DNA of 26,073 bases from a virus (lineage: Duplodnaviria > Caudoviricetes), in IMG/VR virus record IMGVR_UViG_3300032266_000499, positions 1-26,073 of that record, one strand, 5' to 3'. A program made the position numbers and the translations under genes. The notes under the pieces were generated by a model that worked only from the letters and a program-made list of their open reading frames with translations, ran no database searches and was not told where the DNA came from. This document shows, piece by piece, positions 1-8,749 of the stretch (within the stretch, counting starts at the first letter, position 1; each line of letters starts with the position of its first letter).

Positions 1-44
1 CTTTTATTCACACCCAAGGAATGAAAGTAATAGGGGTTTTTTAT

Positions 45-52
45 TATATTTG
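45..52 (+). promoter_or_regulatory. Bacteroidota -7 element before terS
   Basis: TATATTTG 8 nt upstream of the ATG. Confidence 0.5.
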
Positions 53-60
53 TTGCAAAT

Positions 61-411
61 ATGAAACATTTAAACAAAAGAGCTAAGGAAATATTTGATA
101 AAACGGTTGAAGAGTTCAGCGCAAATAAAAATTGCGTGGACTTGGATTTAATAGGCGCCTATGCTGTTGAGATGGAAACATTTGAGAGAGCATGCAAGAA
201 AATAAACGCAGCCGAAGAGATTACTGCAGCGCCTTCCGGTTACCCAATGATTAATCCGTGGTATACTATTCGTAAACAATCTTTAAGATCTACACAAGAG
301 ATTGCAAAGATTTTGGCGATGACTCAATTACAGGACAAACAAAAAACTAAAATAACAAAATTAGAACTTTTAACTCATGGCAAAAAAATACAGAATCAAA
401 AAACAGGCTGA
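61..411 (+). CDS. terS: Terminase small subunit (P27-like family)
   Basis: 116 aa; 'IGAYA...' and 'SGYPMINPWYTI' resemble the P27-type TerS signature; lies upstream of TerL at the genome end. Confidence 0.8.
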   Translation: MKHLNKRAKEIFDKTVEEFSANKNCVDLDLIGAYAVEMETFERACKKINAAEEITAAPSGYPMINPWYTIRKQSLRSTQEIAKILAMTQLQDKQKTKITKLELLTHGKKIQNQKTG

Positions 412-592
412 GTTTTACATCATTGAGATGTCGAATGGAAAGCAATGGAAAGAATGTGATAAGTTCGGACTATGGTCTGACGAAGCGCATTTGTACAGAA
501 ACGAATATATTGCAACGGTTAACAAACAATACTTTGAAAATCGCAGCACAACAAAAATAATTGAGGATGAGCAAAGCGATCCTTTATTGTGA
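377..592 (+). CDS. Hypothetical protein between terS and terL
   Basis: 71-aa ATG ORF that fills the gap and overlaps both neighbours. Confidence 0.6.
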   Translation: MAKKYRIKKQAEFYIIEMSNGKQWKECDKFGLWSDEAHLYRNEYIATVNKQYFENRSTTKIIEDEQSDPLL

Positions 593-2198
593 AGATATAA
601 TTTCAAAAAAGATTTCTGCCTGTAAGCATGTAATAAATGCATGCAAGAGATTTAAGGCTGATTTAAAACGAAAGGACATTGTTTTTAATAATGACCTTTA
701 TTTGCATGCTGTTCAGTTTATCGAAGAGCTTGAGCATTCTGTCGGTTTGTATGCCGGAAAGAAATTTCTGCTCGAACCTTGGCAGCATTTTATAATTGCG
801 AATATATTCGGGTTTGTAAAACTGGACGGGACTCGAAGATTTACACGAGCATACGTTGAGGTACCTCGTAAAAATGGCAAATCAACTTTTTCAAATGCGA
901 TTATGTTATATGGCTTAATTGCTGATGGTGAGGAAGGGGCGCAAGTTTATTCTGCAGCTACAAAGTTAGATCAAGCAATGATGGTATTTTCTGAGGGCGC
1001 GCGAGTTTGTAAACAATTGGACTGGCTTCGAGATGATGTCCATGTTTATAACTCTGTTAATAATAGAAGGATAAATTTCGGGACTTCTGTATATAGGCCA
1101 CTTGAATGGAATCCAGGTAAACAAGACGGATTAAATACACACTTCTGTTGCATTGACGAATATCATGCGCATAGCAATGATGAGCTGTATAACGTAATTA
1201 GGAATTCAATGGGTGCCAGAAGTCAACCGTTGTTATTTACAATTACAACTGCAGGATTCAATCGTGAGTCGGCATGTTATAAACATCGAGATTATTGCGT
1301 GAAAGTTTTAAATGGCGGAGTAAGTGACGATGCTTTGTTTTCTGTGATCTATTCACTGGATGACAAAGACGACTGGACAGATTCTGCCAATTGGCAAAAG
1401 GCAAATCCTAATTGGGGCGTAAGTGTGAACCCTCGACAATTGGAAGAGGGATTGAATGAAGCTCGAGAACTTGCACATAAACAAGTTGAGTTTAAAACTA
1501 AGTTATTAAATGTTTGGACAGATACTGCCACAACTTGGATAAGTGACGATAAATGGAATGAGTGCAGGAATGAAGATGAGCCAACTGGCATTTGTTATGG
1601 CGGATTAGATTTGGCTTCAACAGGTGACTTTTGCGCGTTTAGTTTAATTTGGCCATCTGATGGCTACAAGGTCAAGACTTGGTATTGGTTGCCAGATAAT
1701 GCGGCTCAACGTCGCAATGATCAAATAGGTGTATCGATTCGCACATGGGCGCATGAAGGATGGATTCACTTGACAGATGGCAACGTGACAGATTATTCAT
1801 TTATAAAATCCAAGATATTAGAATTATCAGATCAATATGATATTAAAGAGATTGCATTTGACAGATTTAATGCGACGCAGTTAGTTATTGAATTGGGGAA
1901 TGAGGGGATGACTATGTTCCCATTCGGTCAAGGGTTTGTTTCAATGTCGGCTCCAACAAAAGAACTTGAGCGACTTGTTAACATTGGAGAGTTGAATCAT
2001 GACGGCAATCCTGTTACAAGATGGATGATGAGTAATATATTATTAAGACAGGATCCTGCAGCAAATATAAAAATTGACAAAGCCAAGTCAGGAGATAAGG
2101 TCGATGGGCCTGTGTCGATAGTTATGGCCTTAGGAACATATATGCAAGAACAATCTAAAATTGTACAAGATGGAGAACTATGGTTTACAAATATTTAG
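567..2198 (+). CDS. terL: Terminase large subunit (HK97/Terminase_1 type)
   Basis: LEPWQ, Walker A 'VPRKNGKS', Walker B 'CIDEYH', 'ITTAG', nuclease 'GGLDLAS' and 'KVDG'; ATG at 567 preferred over TTG at 561. Confidence 0.96.
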   Translation: MSKAILYCEDIISKKISACKHVINACKRFKADLKRKDIVFNNDLYLHAVQFIEELEHSVGLYAGKKFLLEPWQHFIIANIFGFVKLDGTRRFTRAYVEVPRKNGKSTFSNAIMLYGLIADGEEGAQVYSAATKLDQAMMVFSEGARVCKQLDWLRDDVHVYNSVNNRRINFGTSVYRPLEWNPGKQDGLNTHFCCIDEYHAHSNDELYNVIRNSMGARSQPLLFTITTAGFNRESACYKHRDYCVKVLNGGVSDDALFSVIYSLDDKDDWTDSANWQKANPNWGVSVNPRQLEEGLNEARELAHKQVEFKTKLLNVWTDTATTWISDDKWNECRNEDEPTGICYGGLDLASTGDFCAFSLIWPSDGYKVKTWYWLPDNAAQRRNDQIGVSIRTWAHEGWIHLTDGNVTDYSFIKSKILELSDQYDIKEIAFDRFNATQLVIELGNEGMTMFPFGQGFVSMSAPTKELERLVNIGELNHDGNPVTRWMMSNILLRQDPAANIKIDKAKSGDKVDGPVSIVMALGTYMQEQSKIVQDGELWFTNI

Positions 2199-2376
2199 TC
2201 ATGAAGACTTTATAAAAATTTATTATAATGAATTGCCTAATTTTAAAACTTACGGCGAAGCTTACGAATACGCAGAAAGTTTGTATCGTGAAAAGTACGG
2301 TCAAAATAAATATAGCAGTTATGTTGTATTTAGAGCGACACTTTCTAGGTACATGAGAACTCACCCCAAATTGTAA
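2170..2376 (+). CDS. Small hypothetical protein between terL and portal
   Basis: ATG at 2170 overlapping the terL end; Tyr-rich with a basic C-terminus 'KYSSYVVFRATLSRY'. Confidence 0.65.
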   Translation: MENYGLQIFSHEDFIKIYYNELPNFKTYGEAYEYAESLYREKYGQNKYSSYVVFRATLSRYMRTHPKL

Positions 2377-2406
2377 CAAAATAAATAAATTTGTAAATTA
2401 ATATTG
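2371..2406 (+). promoter_or_regulatory. Putative late promoter 1 (portal/head operon)
   Basis: TTGTAACAAA-N18-TAATATTG-N4-ATG. Confidence 0.7.
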
Positions 2407-2410
2407 TGGC

Positions 2411-3688
2411 ATGGCTTCATTGTTAAGCATATTCAAACCAAAAACACAACAGCGCTCAAGCTTATCAGCTCCGACTGACTGGCTTATGCAATCATTGTCT
2501 TCATTGTTTGGAAGTCAAACAACAAGCGGTATGGCTGTAAATTCTACAAGCGCAATGAGTATTGCGTCAGTTCACGCTTGCGTGAGAGTTATAAGCGATG
2601 CAATCTCAGGACTTTCTTTTAAATTATATTTTGATGACGGCACAAACAAACGTCAAGTCGTTGCTCATTATTCTAATTATGTTTTGAATGAGCCAAATCC
2701 TTATCAGACTAAATTTGACTTTATGACTTTTATGACTGCTCAATTAGTTTTAAAAGGTAACGCATACGCATTTATTAAAAGGGATGAGAGATTTATTGCG
2801 ACTGCTATACATCCAATTGTAAGCGATACGGTATCGGCTTACATGATGGACGGAGAATTATTCTATAAAGTAAACGCTCCTGGCTTTCCTTCTGTGATTC
2901 CTTCAAGTGATATGTTGCACTTCAAAGGTTTGTCAACTGATAATGTATTGGTGGGAAAATCTCCGATTATCATGCACGCTGAAACATTGGGAATTGATTT
3001 GGCTGCTATTAAGTCAAGCGCTGCAGTTTATAAAAATGGAACTTTAAAATTCCTTTTGAAATCTCAATCTAAAATTGACGCGGCCCAGGCTGCTCCATTG
3101 CGCAAATCTCTTGACGATGTAATCGAAGGTAATCAGCGCAGTACAGTTTTGCCTCATGGAGTTGAGATGGAAAAATTATCCATGACACCGGAAGAGGCGC
3201 AGTATATTCAAGCTCGTCAATTTTCAGCGGAAGAGATTGCTCGTATTTTTGGTGTACCGGCTTCAATGATAGGAGCAAAGGACGGAATCAAATCTAGCGT
3301 TGAGCAAGAATATCAAGACTTTTATTCAAGGACTTTAATGTCTTATTGCATAAATATCGAGCAGGAACTTCGCAGAAAGTTATTGACTGAGAATGATAAA
3401 ACTTTCTTTTATTTTAAATTTAATTTTAATTCATTATTGAGAGCCAGCGCAAATGATCGCGCAGACTTTTATAACAAAGGGATCCGAGGCGGATGGTTGA
3501 GTCCAAACGAGGCAAGAGCTTTTGAAGATGCGGAAGGATTTGAGAATGGTGGCAAATATTATGTCGAAGCAAATCTTATTCCTGCGGACCAATTTGAAGC
3601 TTACATGAATGCGAAGATTGAACAGTTGATGGCAAGCGCATACTCAAATAATAATCCGGACGGCAATAATAATAATATACAATCATGA
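2411..3688 (+). CDS. HK97-family portal protein
   Basis: 'VHACVRVISDAIS', 'PNPYQT', 'GNAY', 'EEIARIFGVP', 'SPNEAR' motifs; position after terL. Confidence 0.96.
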   Translation: MASLLSIFKPKTQQRSSLSAPTDWLMQSLSSLFGSQTTSGMAVNSTSAMSIASVHACVRVISDAISGLSFKLYFDDGTNKRQVVAHYSNYVLNEPNPYQTKFDFMTFMTAQLVLKGNAYAFIKRDERFIATAIHPIVSDTVSAYMMDGELFYKVNAPGFPSVIPSSDMLHFKGLSTDNVLVGKSPIIMHAETLGIDLAAIKSSAAVYKNGTLKFLLKSQSKIDAAQAAPLRKSLDDVIEGNQRSTVLPHGVEMEKLSMTPEEAQYIQARQFSAEEIARIFGVPASMIGAKDGIKSSVEQEYQDFYSRTLMSYCINIEQELRRKLLTENDKTFFYFKFNFNSLLRASANDRADFYNKGIRGGWLSPNEARAFEDAEGFENGGKYYVEANLIPADQFEAYMNAKIEQLMASAYSNNNPDGNNNNIQS

Positions 3689-4257
3689 AAACTTTAAGAG
3701 CAATCGGAACAATAAACTATAGAGCTGTTGGCGACGGAATGCCGAAGGAATTTGGTGGCATTGCTGCGGTGGTCGATACAACTACAGACTTAGGATATTT
3801 TGAAGAGCGCATAGTTCGTGGCGCATTTGACAACGCATTGAAAAAAGATTATGACATCCGTTGTCTATTTAATCATGAATGCGAATGCATCCTTGGACGT
3901 ACAAAAGCAAATACTTGCGCTGTGTATGTAAACGCTGACGGCAATCTTGAATATACATGGGTGCCAGATTACGAGAATCCATTGCACATGCAAGTTGCTC
4001 GCTCAATTATGCGCGGAGATATTACTCAGTCATCATTTGCATTCACTGTAAAAGATAGGTCATGGGAGATGTCTGATAAATATGGTGACTTATCTTTACA
4101 TATTATAAAAGAAGTAGACGAATTATTTGACGTTTCGCCAGTGACATATCCGGCATACGTAGACACCGAGGCAGAAGCTCGCAGCTTGAATTTGACTAAG
4201 CCAAAAAAACAAAATGAATCAGACCAAATAACAATACTTAAACTAAAATATAAATGA
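3685..4257 (+). CDS. HK97-family prohead protease
   Basis: 'FEERIVRGAF', 'LFNH', 'SSFAF', 'DVSPVTYPAY' motifs. Confidence 0.95.
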   Translation: MKTLRAIGTINYRAVGDGMPKEFGGIAAVVDTTTDLGYFEERIVRGAFDNALKKDYDIRCLFNHECECILGRTKANTCAVYVNADGNLEYTWVPDYENPLHMQVARSIMRGDITQSSFAFTVKDRSWEMSDKYGDLSLHIIKEVDELFDVSPVTYPAYVDTEAEARSLNLTKPKKQNESDQITILKLKYK

Positions 4258-5579
4258 AAATCAAAGCTTTGAAAGAAGAAAAAGGACGTTTAATCGAAGA
4301 ATTGAACGGACTGCAAAACAGCATTAACACCGAAGCGCGTTCAATGACTGACACCGAAAAAACTCGTTTCTCTGAAATCGATTCACGTTTAGACGTAATC
4401 GCAAGCGAAACTGAAACTCTTGAAAAATTGCAAAAGCGCGCATCTGAAAAAGTTGCTAACGCTCCAGTTTATGGCGCAGCATCAAGCAGCGAAAAAACTG
4501 AACGCAATAAAATGGCTGACGCTTACTCTTTTAAAAGAGCAATCGAACAGGCTACAACTGGACGTCGTGATGGTGTCGAGTACGAAATGCACAAAGAGGC
4601 TGCAGACGAATTTCAACGCGCAGGTGTAAGCGTAAGCGCTCACTCTGTATTGTTGCCGTCTGACGTTTTTAAACGTGACATGACTGCAACTGGTGGAACT
4701 TCAGGTTCTGAAGGTGGAGTAAACGTTCAAACTTCTGTAGGTGGCATCGTTGATGTTTTATTACCTCAAACAATTTTGGCAGGTTTAGGAGTTACTCGTT
4801 TTGACGGGTTAACTGGTAACTTAGATTTACCAACCGCGAGCACTCAACCGAGCGCAGGATGGAATACTGAAAATGGAACTGCGACTGAGAAATCACCAGC
4901 ATTTTCTAAAATCACAATGTCTCCAAAAAGATTGGCTGCTTTCATTCAGGTTTCTAATCAGTTATTGAGACAGTCTTCAAATTCAATTGATGCATACGTT
5001 CGTCAATACTTGATCAACGCAATGGCTATTGAATTGGAAAAAGCTGCTATTAAAGGCGGTGGAACTAACGAGCCAGTTGGTATTTTAGGAAATGCTAACG
5101 TAAACGTTGTTTATGCAGGTGGCGCAACTTCAAATAGCACAAACGCAAACGGAATCGCTGCAGTTTGGAAGGACGTTGTAAACTTGATGAAATCTGTTGA
5201 AAATAGCAACGGAATGGGACAAGCATATATTACCAATCCATTGGTTAAAGCTGCTTTGCAAACTACAGCAAGACAAGCTAGTGGTGTTGAAGGTAACTTC
5301 ATTTTACAAAGTGGAATGGGTGAATTGAACGGTTACACCATGAAAACTTCAACTTTGGTTCCTTCTGATTTGTCAAAAGGTTCTAGCTCAACTTTGAGCG
5401 CTTTAATCTTTGGTGATTTTAGCAAGTTGGCTCTTGCATCTTGGGGCGGTATGGAATTAACAGTTGATCCTTATTCAGGTGCGACTGCAGGATTGACCAA
5501 CCTTGTTTTGAATGCTTACTTAGATGTAAACTTATTGCAGCCAAAAGCGTTTGCAGTTTGTAAAGACATCATAGCTTAA
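4254..5579 (+). CDS. Major capsid protein, HK97 fold with N-terminal coiled-coil delta domain
   Basis: Heptad-rich N-terminus; 'WNTENG', 'PKRLAAFIQVSNQLLRQS', 'FGDFS', 'QPKAF'. Confidence 0.95.
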   Translation: MKIKALKEEKGRLIEELNGLQNSINTEARSMTDTEKTRFSEIDSRLDVIASETETLEKLQKRASEKVANAPVYGAASSSEKTERNKMADAYSFKRAIEQATTGRRDGVEYEMHKEAADEFQRAGVSVSAHSVLLPSDVFKRDMTATGGTSGSEGGVNVQTSVGGIVDVLLPQTILAGLGVTRFDGLTGNLDLPTASTQPSAGWNTENGTATEKSPAFSKITMSPKRLAAFIQVSNQLLRQSSNSIDAYVRQYLINAMAIELEKAAIKGGGTNEPVGILGNANVNVVYAGGATSNSTNANGIAAVWKDVVNLMKSVENSNGMGQAYITNPLVKAALQTTARQASGVEGNFILQSGMGELNGYTMKTSTLVPSDLSKGSSSTLSALIFGDFSKLALASWGGMELTVDPYSGATAGLTNLVLNAYLDVNLLQPKAFAVCKDIIA

Positions 5580-5589
5580 AAATAAAACG

Positions 5590-5638
5590 GCACGACGTTA
5601 ATCGTGTGTAATGGTGGGAGTTAATTCTCCCGCCATTT
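5590..5638 (+). terminator. Tandem hairpins after the capsid gene (weak terminator or RNA stabiliser)
   Basis: CACGA-cgttaa-TCGTG (5591-5606) and AATGGTGGGAG-ttaatt-CTCCCGCCATT (5610-5637); only a short T tract follows. Confidence 0.55.
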
Positions 5639-5647
5639 GCTAACAAT

Positions 5648-5818
5648 ATGAAAAAAGTAAAATTTATTAAATTCCCTATAGCGTTAAATTTAGTTTATGC
5701 AATTGGGGATATTGCAGAAATTGAAAGTAAACAGGCCGACATTCTAATCCAGGAAGGCTATTGTGAAGAGATCAAGGAAGTAAAAAAGAAAAAACCAATT
5801 AATCCAGAATTCGACTAA
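5648..5818 (+). CDS. Small hypothetical protein after capsid, missing from the ORF track (56 aa)
   Basis: Translated manually: MKKVKFIKFPIALNLVYAIGDIAEIESKQADILIQEGYCEEIKEVKKKKPINPEFD*; fills the gap to the connector gene. Confidence 0.8.
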   Translation: MKKVKFIKFPIALNLVYAIGDIAEIESKQADILIQEGYCEEIKEVKKKKPINPEFD

Positions 5819-5819
5819 C

Positions 5820-6452
5820 ATGTTAACCGGGCGCAGAGTTGTTTCATTAAATAAAAGGTCAACAGATTATATTTCTGTTGCAGAAGCTAAGGCACATTTA
5901 AGAGTTACACATACTCAGGATGATGCTTATATTTCTACGCTTATAACTGCAGCGCTTGAAAGCTCTTCGCATTATGTAGGATTTTCTATTCCCGAGGCTG
6001 TTGTAAGATACGGATTTGATTCGTTGGTTGGTCAACCCGCTTTAATGAATCCATTGAATGGAGCGCCTCTGACGATAGGAAATTTTTTGAGAATATCTTC
6101 AAGGGTTATTGACATTGAAAAAATGTATTACGTCAATCAAAATAATGCATTGACAGAATTTTCTGCAGCGGACTGGATTGATTCTCCGGATTTGCTTTCT
6201 GATTATGGTGTTAATATTTTTGTGAACAATTTGCCTCCGACATTAACTGACGACAATACTAAATATATTGTAGAAGTAACAGAGGGATTCTCGGTTGCTG
6301 ATTTTCCAGACTCAATAAAAATAGCTTGCATGTTACAGATTGCTCAGTATTATGACAACCGTCAAAATATAATTGTAGGAACTATTTCAAGTGAGATGCC
6401 ATTTGGCGCAAATCATTTATTGGATAAATTTAAAGTCCCTGTATTTGGATAA
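5820..6452 (+). CDS. Head-tail connector/adaptor (HK97 gp6 / SPP1 gp15-like)
   Basis: 'ISVAEAKAHLRV...DDAYISTLITAA', 'PDSIKIACMLQIAQYYDNR'. Confidence 0.9.
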   Translation: MLTGRRVVSLNKRSTDYISVAEAKAHLRVTHTQDDAYISTLITAALESSSHYVGFSIPEAVVRYGFDSLVGQPALMNPLNGAPLTIGNFLRISSRVIDIEKMYYVNQNNALTEFSAADWIDSPDLLSDYGVNIFVNNLPPTLTDDNTKYIVEVTEGFSVADFPDSIKIACMLQIAQYYDNRQNIIVGTISSEMPFGANHLLDKFKVPVFG

Positions 6453-6769
6453 TGAACGGCGGAAGATTTGACACACCTCTTGCGATTTATCGTTATTCTG
6501 AAACTATAAATTCAGCCACTGGCGAGCGCACTAAAACTTGGAATAAATTATCTGACATTTGGGGAACTTATGAGCCAACAGATGGCGGCACAGAGGGAAT
6601 CTACGCTGACACTCGAGAAAATAAACAGACTGTTAAATTTCAAATTCGATTTACTGATATAAATGTGAGAGATCGCATTCAATTAGACGGTGTAAATTTT
6701 AATGTTATTTCAATTCAATTGATTGAGCGTAACATGTACATGAAAGTAATGACACAATTGACAGAATGA
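6452..6769 (+). CDS. Head closure/stopper protein (SPP1 gp16-like)
   Basis: 'MNGGRFD', 'GERTKTW', 'FQIRF', 'RIQLDGVNFNV'; synteny. Confidence 0.85.
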   Translation: MNGGRFDTPLAIYRYSETINSATGERTKTWNKLSDIWGTYEPTDGGTEGIYADTRENKQTVKFQIRFTDINVRDRIQLDGVNFNVISIQLIERNMYMKVMTQLTE

Positions 6770-7182
6770 TTGAGGGACTGGATAAAGTTTTAAGAGCATT
6801 GGAAGAGGTTGGTAAGTCAATCACTAATCAAGATGTTAAAAATATTGTAAGGGATGAGGCGAAGGCTATGATTAACACAGCGCAATCAAAGGCACCAAGT
6901 CAAGACATTAAAGAATCAATCGGATTTATTGAGCGCAACGAAAACAAATTTACCAAGACAGTGCTTATAGGTCCTCGTTATTACGGCGGGTTTCATGGAC
7001 AATTGTCACATACTTTTGAATATGGCACAGTTGAAAGATTTACAAAAGACGGTAAGTCTAGAGGGATGATTTTAGCGCGTCCATTTATGCGCCCCGCACT
7101 AGATCAGCACAAAACAAATATTGTAACAAATGTTCCTGAAAGAATACTTAAACTTGCAATCGATACTTATAACAATAAATAA
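6766..7182 (+). CDS. HK97 gp10-like tail completion/neck protein
   Basis: 'IEGLDKVLRAL', 'FEYGT', 'ARPFMRPA'. Confidence 0.88.
   Translation: MIEGLDKVLRALEEVGKSITNQDVKNIVRDEAKAMINTAQSKAPSQDIKESIGFIERNENKFTKTVLIGPRYYGGFHGQLSHTFEYGTVERFTKDGKSRGMILARPFMRPALDQHKTNIVTNVPERILKLAIDTYNNK
7121..7156 (+). promoter_or_regulatory. Putative late promoter 2 (tail tube), inside the gp10-like gene
   Basis: TTGTAACAAA-N18-TAAACTTG-caat. Confidence 0.62.
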
Positions 7183-7191
7183 TATATAAAA

Positions 7192-7629
7192 ATGGCAACC
7201 ACAGGACTAATGAATGGAACCTTAGTGAGCTTATACAAGGATGTATCTGGCACACTTACAAAATTTGCTAACGGTACGAGTGCCGATTTTAGCATGACAA
7301 AAGACACAATTGACGCTACCAATAAAGATGGCGGAAGTTACAAAGAATTTTTAGTAGGATTGAATTCATGGACAATGAATTTCGAGGGCATCTATGAGGA
7401 AGATGCTTCAGTTGGATCTGGCGCAGCTTCTGCAAAAGACATTCTTTCTGATTTAATCGCAGGATCATTGGTGACAGTTGTAATGACTTCAAATGTAACT
7501 GGCGACATGAAATTGTCTGGTTCAGCATTATTGACTAACTTTGCATGGACTGCTCCTGTAAATGATGTGTCAACTTTTACATGTTCTTTACAAGGTTCTG
7601 GAACTTTGACTATTGGAACTGTAGCATAA
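7192..7629 (+). CDS. Major tail tube protein (TP901-1/Phage_tail_2-like)
   Basis: 'IDATNKD', 'GLNSWTMNFEG', 'STFTCSLQGSG'; followed by a terminator. Confidence 0.9.
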   Translation: MATTGLMNGTLVSLYKDVSGTLTKFANGTSADFSMTKDTIDATNKDGGSYKEFLVGLNSWTMNFEGIYEEDASVGSGAASAKDILSDLIAGSLVTVVMTSNVTGDMKLSGSALLTNFAWTAPVNDVSTFTCSLQGSGTLTIGTVA

Positions 7630-7659
7630 AATAATTTTTTCATATTCCATAAATAAGAG

Positions 7660-7684
7660 AGGGGGCGTAATGCTCCCTTTTTTT
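7660..7684 (+). terminator. Rho-independent terminator after the tail tube gene
   Basis: GGGGGCG-taa-TGCTCCC stem (with G-U pairs) followed by 7 T. Confidence 0.8.
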
Positions 7685-7686
7685 AT

Positions 7687-7694
7687 TATATTTG
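7687..7694 (+). promoter_or_regulatory. Bacteroidota -7 element before the tail chaperone
   Basis: TATATTTG-caat-ATG directly after the terminator T-tract. Confidence 0.6.
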
Positions 7695-7698
7695 CAAT

Positions 7699-8016
7699 AT
7701 GAAAATAGAAATTAATAAAATTGAATATCCGTTATTTTTTAACATGACGGCAATCGAGAGCGTAATGCAAGCTGCAGGAATGCAAGATTTTTCTTCATTT
7801 GGTGAGAATCAAGATTTAGTTAAGAGTTTAAAATTTTCAAGAGATTGCGCATTTTACGGCATCAAAGCAGGTTGCAAAAGAAACAAAATTGATATGCCTT
7901 TTAAAACTAGCGACGAATTAGGCGACGAAATCGAATCGTTTGTAGAGTTGAATCCGGCTGTTGAAGCATTTACAAAGGCGGTGGGTGATTTTTTTCAAGT
8001 GAAGAGCCAAGAATAA
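7699..8016 (+). CDS. Tail assembly chaperone (gpG-like)
   Basis: Follows the tail tube gene; slippery T7 run near the 3' end. Confidence 0.8.
   Translation: MKIEINKIEYPLFFNMTAIESVMQAAGMQDFSSFGENQDLVKSLKFSRDCAFYGIKAGCKRNKIDMPFKTSDELGDEIESFVELNPAVEAFTKAVGDFFQVKSQE
7989..7995 (+). other. -1 programmed ribosomal frameshift site T TTT TTT
   Basis: GAT TTT TTT CAA in the gpG frame; X XXY YYZ heptamer in the correct phase. Confidence 0.8.
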
Positions 8017-8354
8017 AAGGCTCACAAACGGAATCCAAGCCTTTAAATTGGAAGGATATTAAGTTAATCGCATGGGGCGAAATGGGAATCATGCCTCATG
8101 AATGGGATGACGTAACGCCGTTATATTTTCGATTGCGCCTGGAAGGGATGCGATCTGTTCAGATGCAAGAGTTTAGAAATAAATGGGAACAAACGAGATG
8201 GCTTGCTGCTATTATGTTGTCACCTTATGCAAGGAAAGGCAAAGAAATAACTCCGCAAAGTTTATGTTTATTTCCATGGGAAGAAAAATCAAGCCAAGAC
8301 GTTATTGATATTGTAACGAAAAACAAACATATATTTGATAAATTGCGCCTGTGA
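7989..8354 (+). CDS. Tail assembly chaperone -1 frame extension (gpT-like); ORF track lists only 8082-8354
   Basis: The -1 frame is open from 7989 (just after TGA 7986-7988) to 8354. Confidence 0.78.
   Translation, partial: FFSSEEPRIKGSQTESKPLNWKDIKLIAWGEMGIMPHEWDDVTPLYFRLRLEGMRSVQMQEFRNKWEQTRWLAAIMLSPYARKGKEITPQSLCLFPWEEKSSQDVIDIVTKNKHIFDKLRL
8311..8346 (+). promoter_or_regulatory. Putative late promoter 3 (tail terminator/tape measure)
   Basis: TTGTAACGAA-N18-TAAATTGC-N4-GTG. Confidence 0.62.
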
Positions 8355-8749
8355 ATTCTCTACTTATTACATATAACATCCTTAAAAACAATTCGGCTGT
8401 TAACACTGCAACGAGTGGGAGAATTTCTCCCTTACGTTTACCGCAAGCAACGGCATTCCCTGCAATATCTTATTTTCAAGTGTCGCTTGTTTCAAATCAA
8501 ACTCAGACTGGATATTCTAAAACAGATTTTGCAAGGGTGCAAATTAATATTTTCGGATTGACAATTGCTAGTTGTACAAGTTTAGCGGCGCAAGTTAGAA
8601 CTGCAATGCAATTGGCACCGGGTATTTTTAACGGTGTAATTTGTCATGATATTAAATTTGATCAAGAGGTTTTGTTGTCAGATGACAGCGCAGGTGAAGA
8701 GGGAATTTATCACATTGCTCAAGATTATATAATAAATTTTAATAGATAA
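8351..8749 (+). CDS. Tail terminator/completion protein (DUF3168-like)
   Basis: 'RISPLRLPQATAFPAISY', 'RVQINIFG', 'LAAQVRTAM' pattern; GTG start. Confidence 0.75.
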   Translation: MNSLLITYNILKNNSAVNTATSGRISPLRLPQATAFPAISYFQVSLVSNQTQTGYSKTDFARVQINIFGLTIASCTSLAAQVRTAMQLAPGIFNGVICHDIKFDQEVLLSDDSAGEEGIYHIAQDYIINFNR

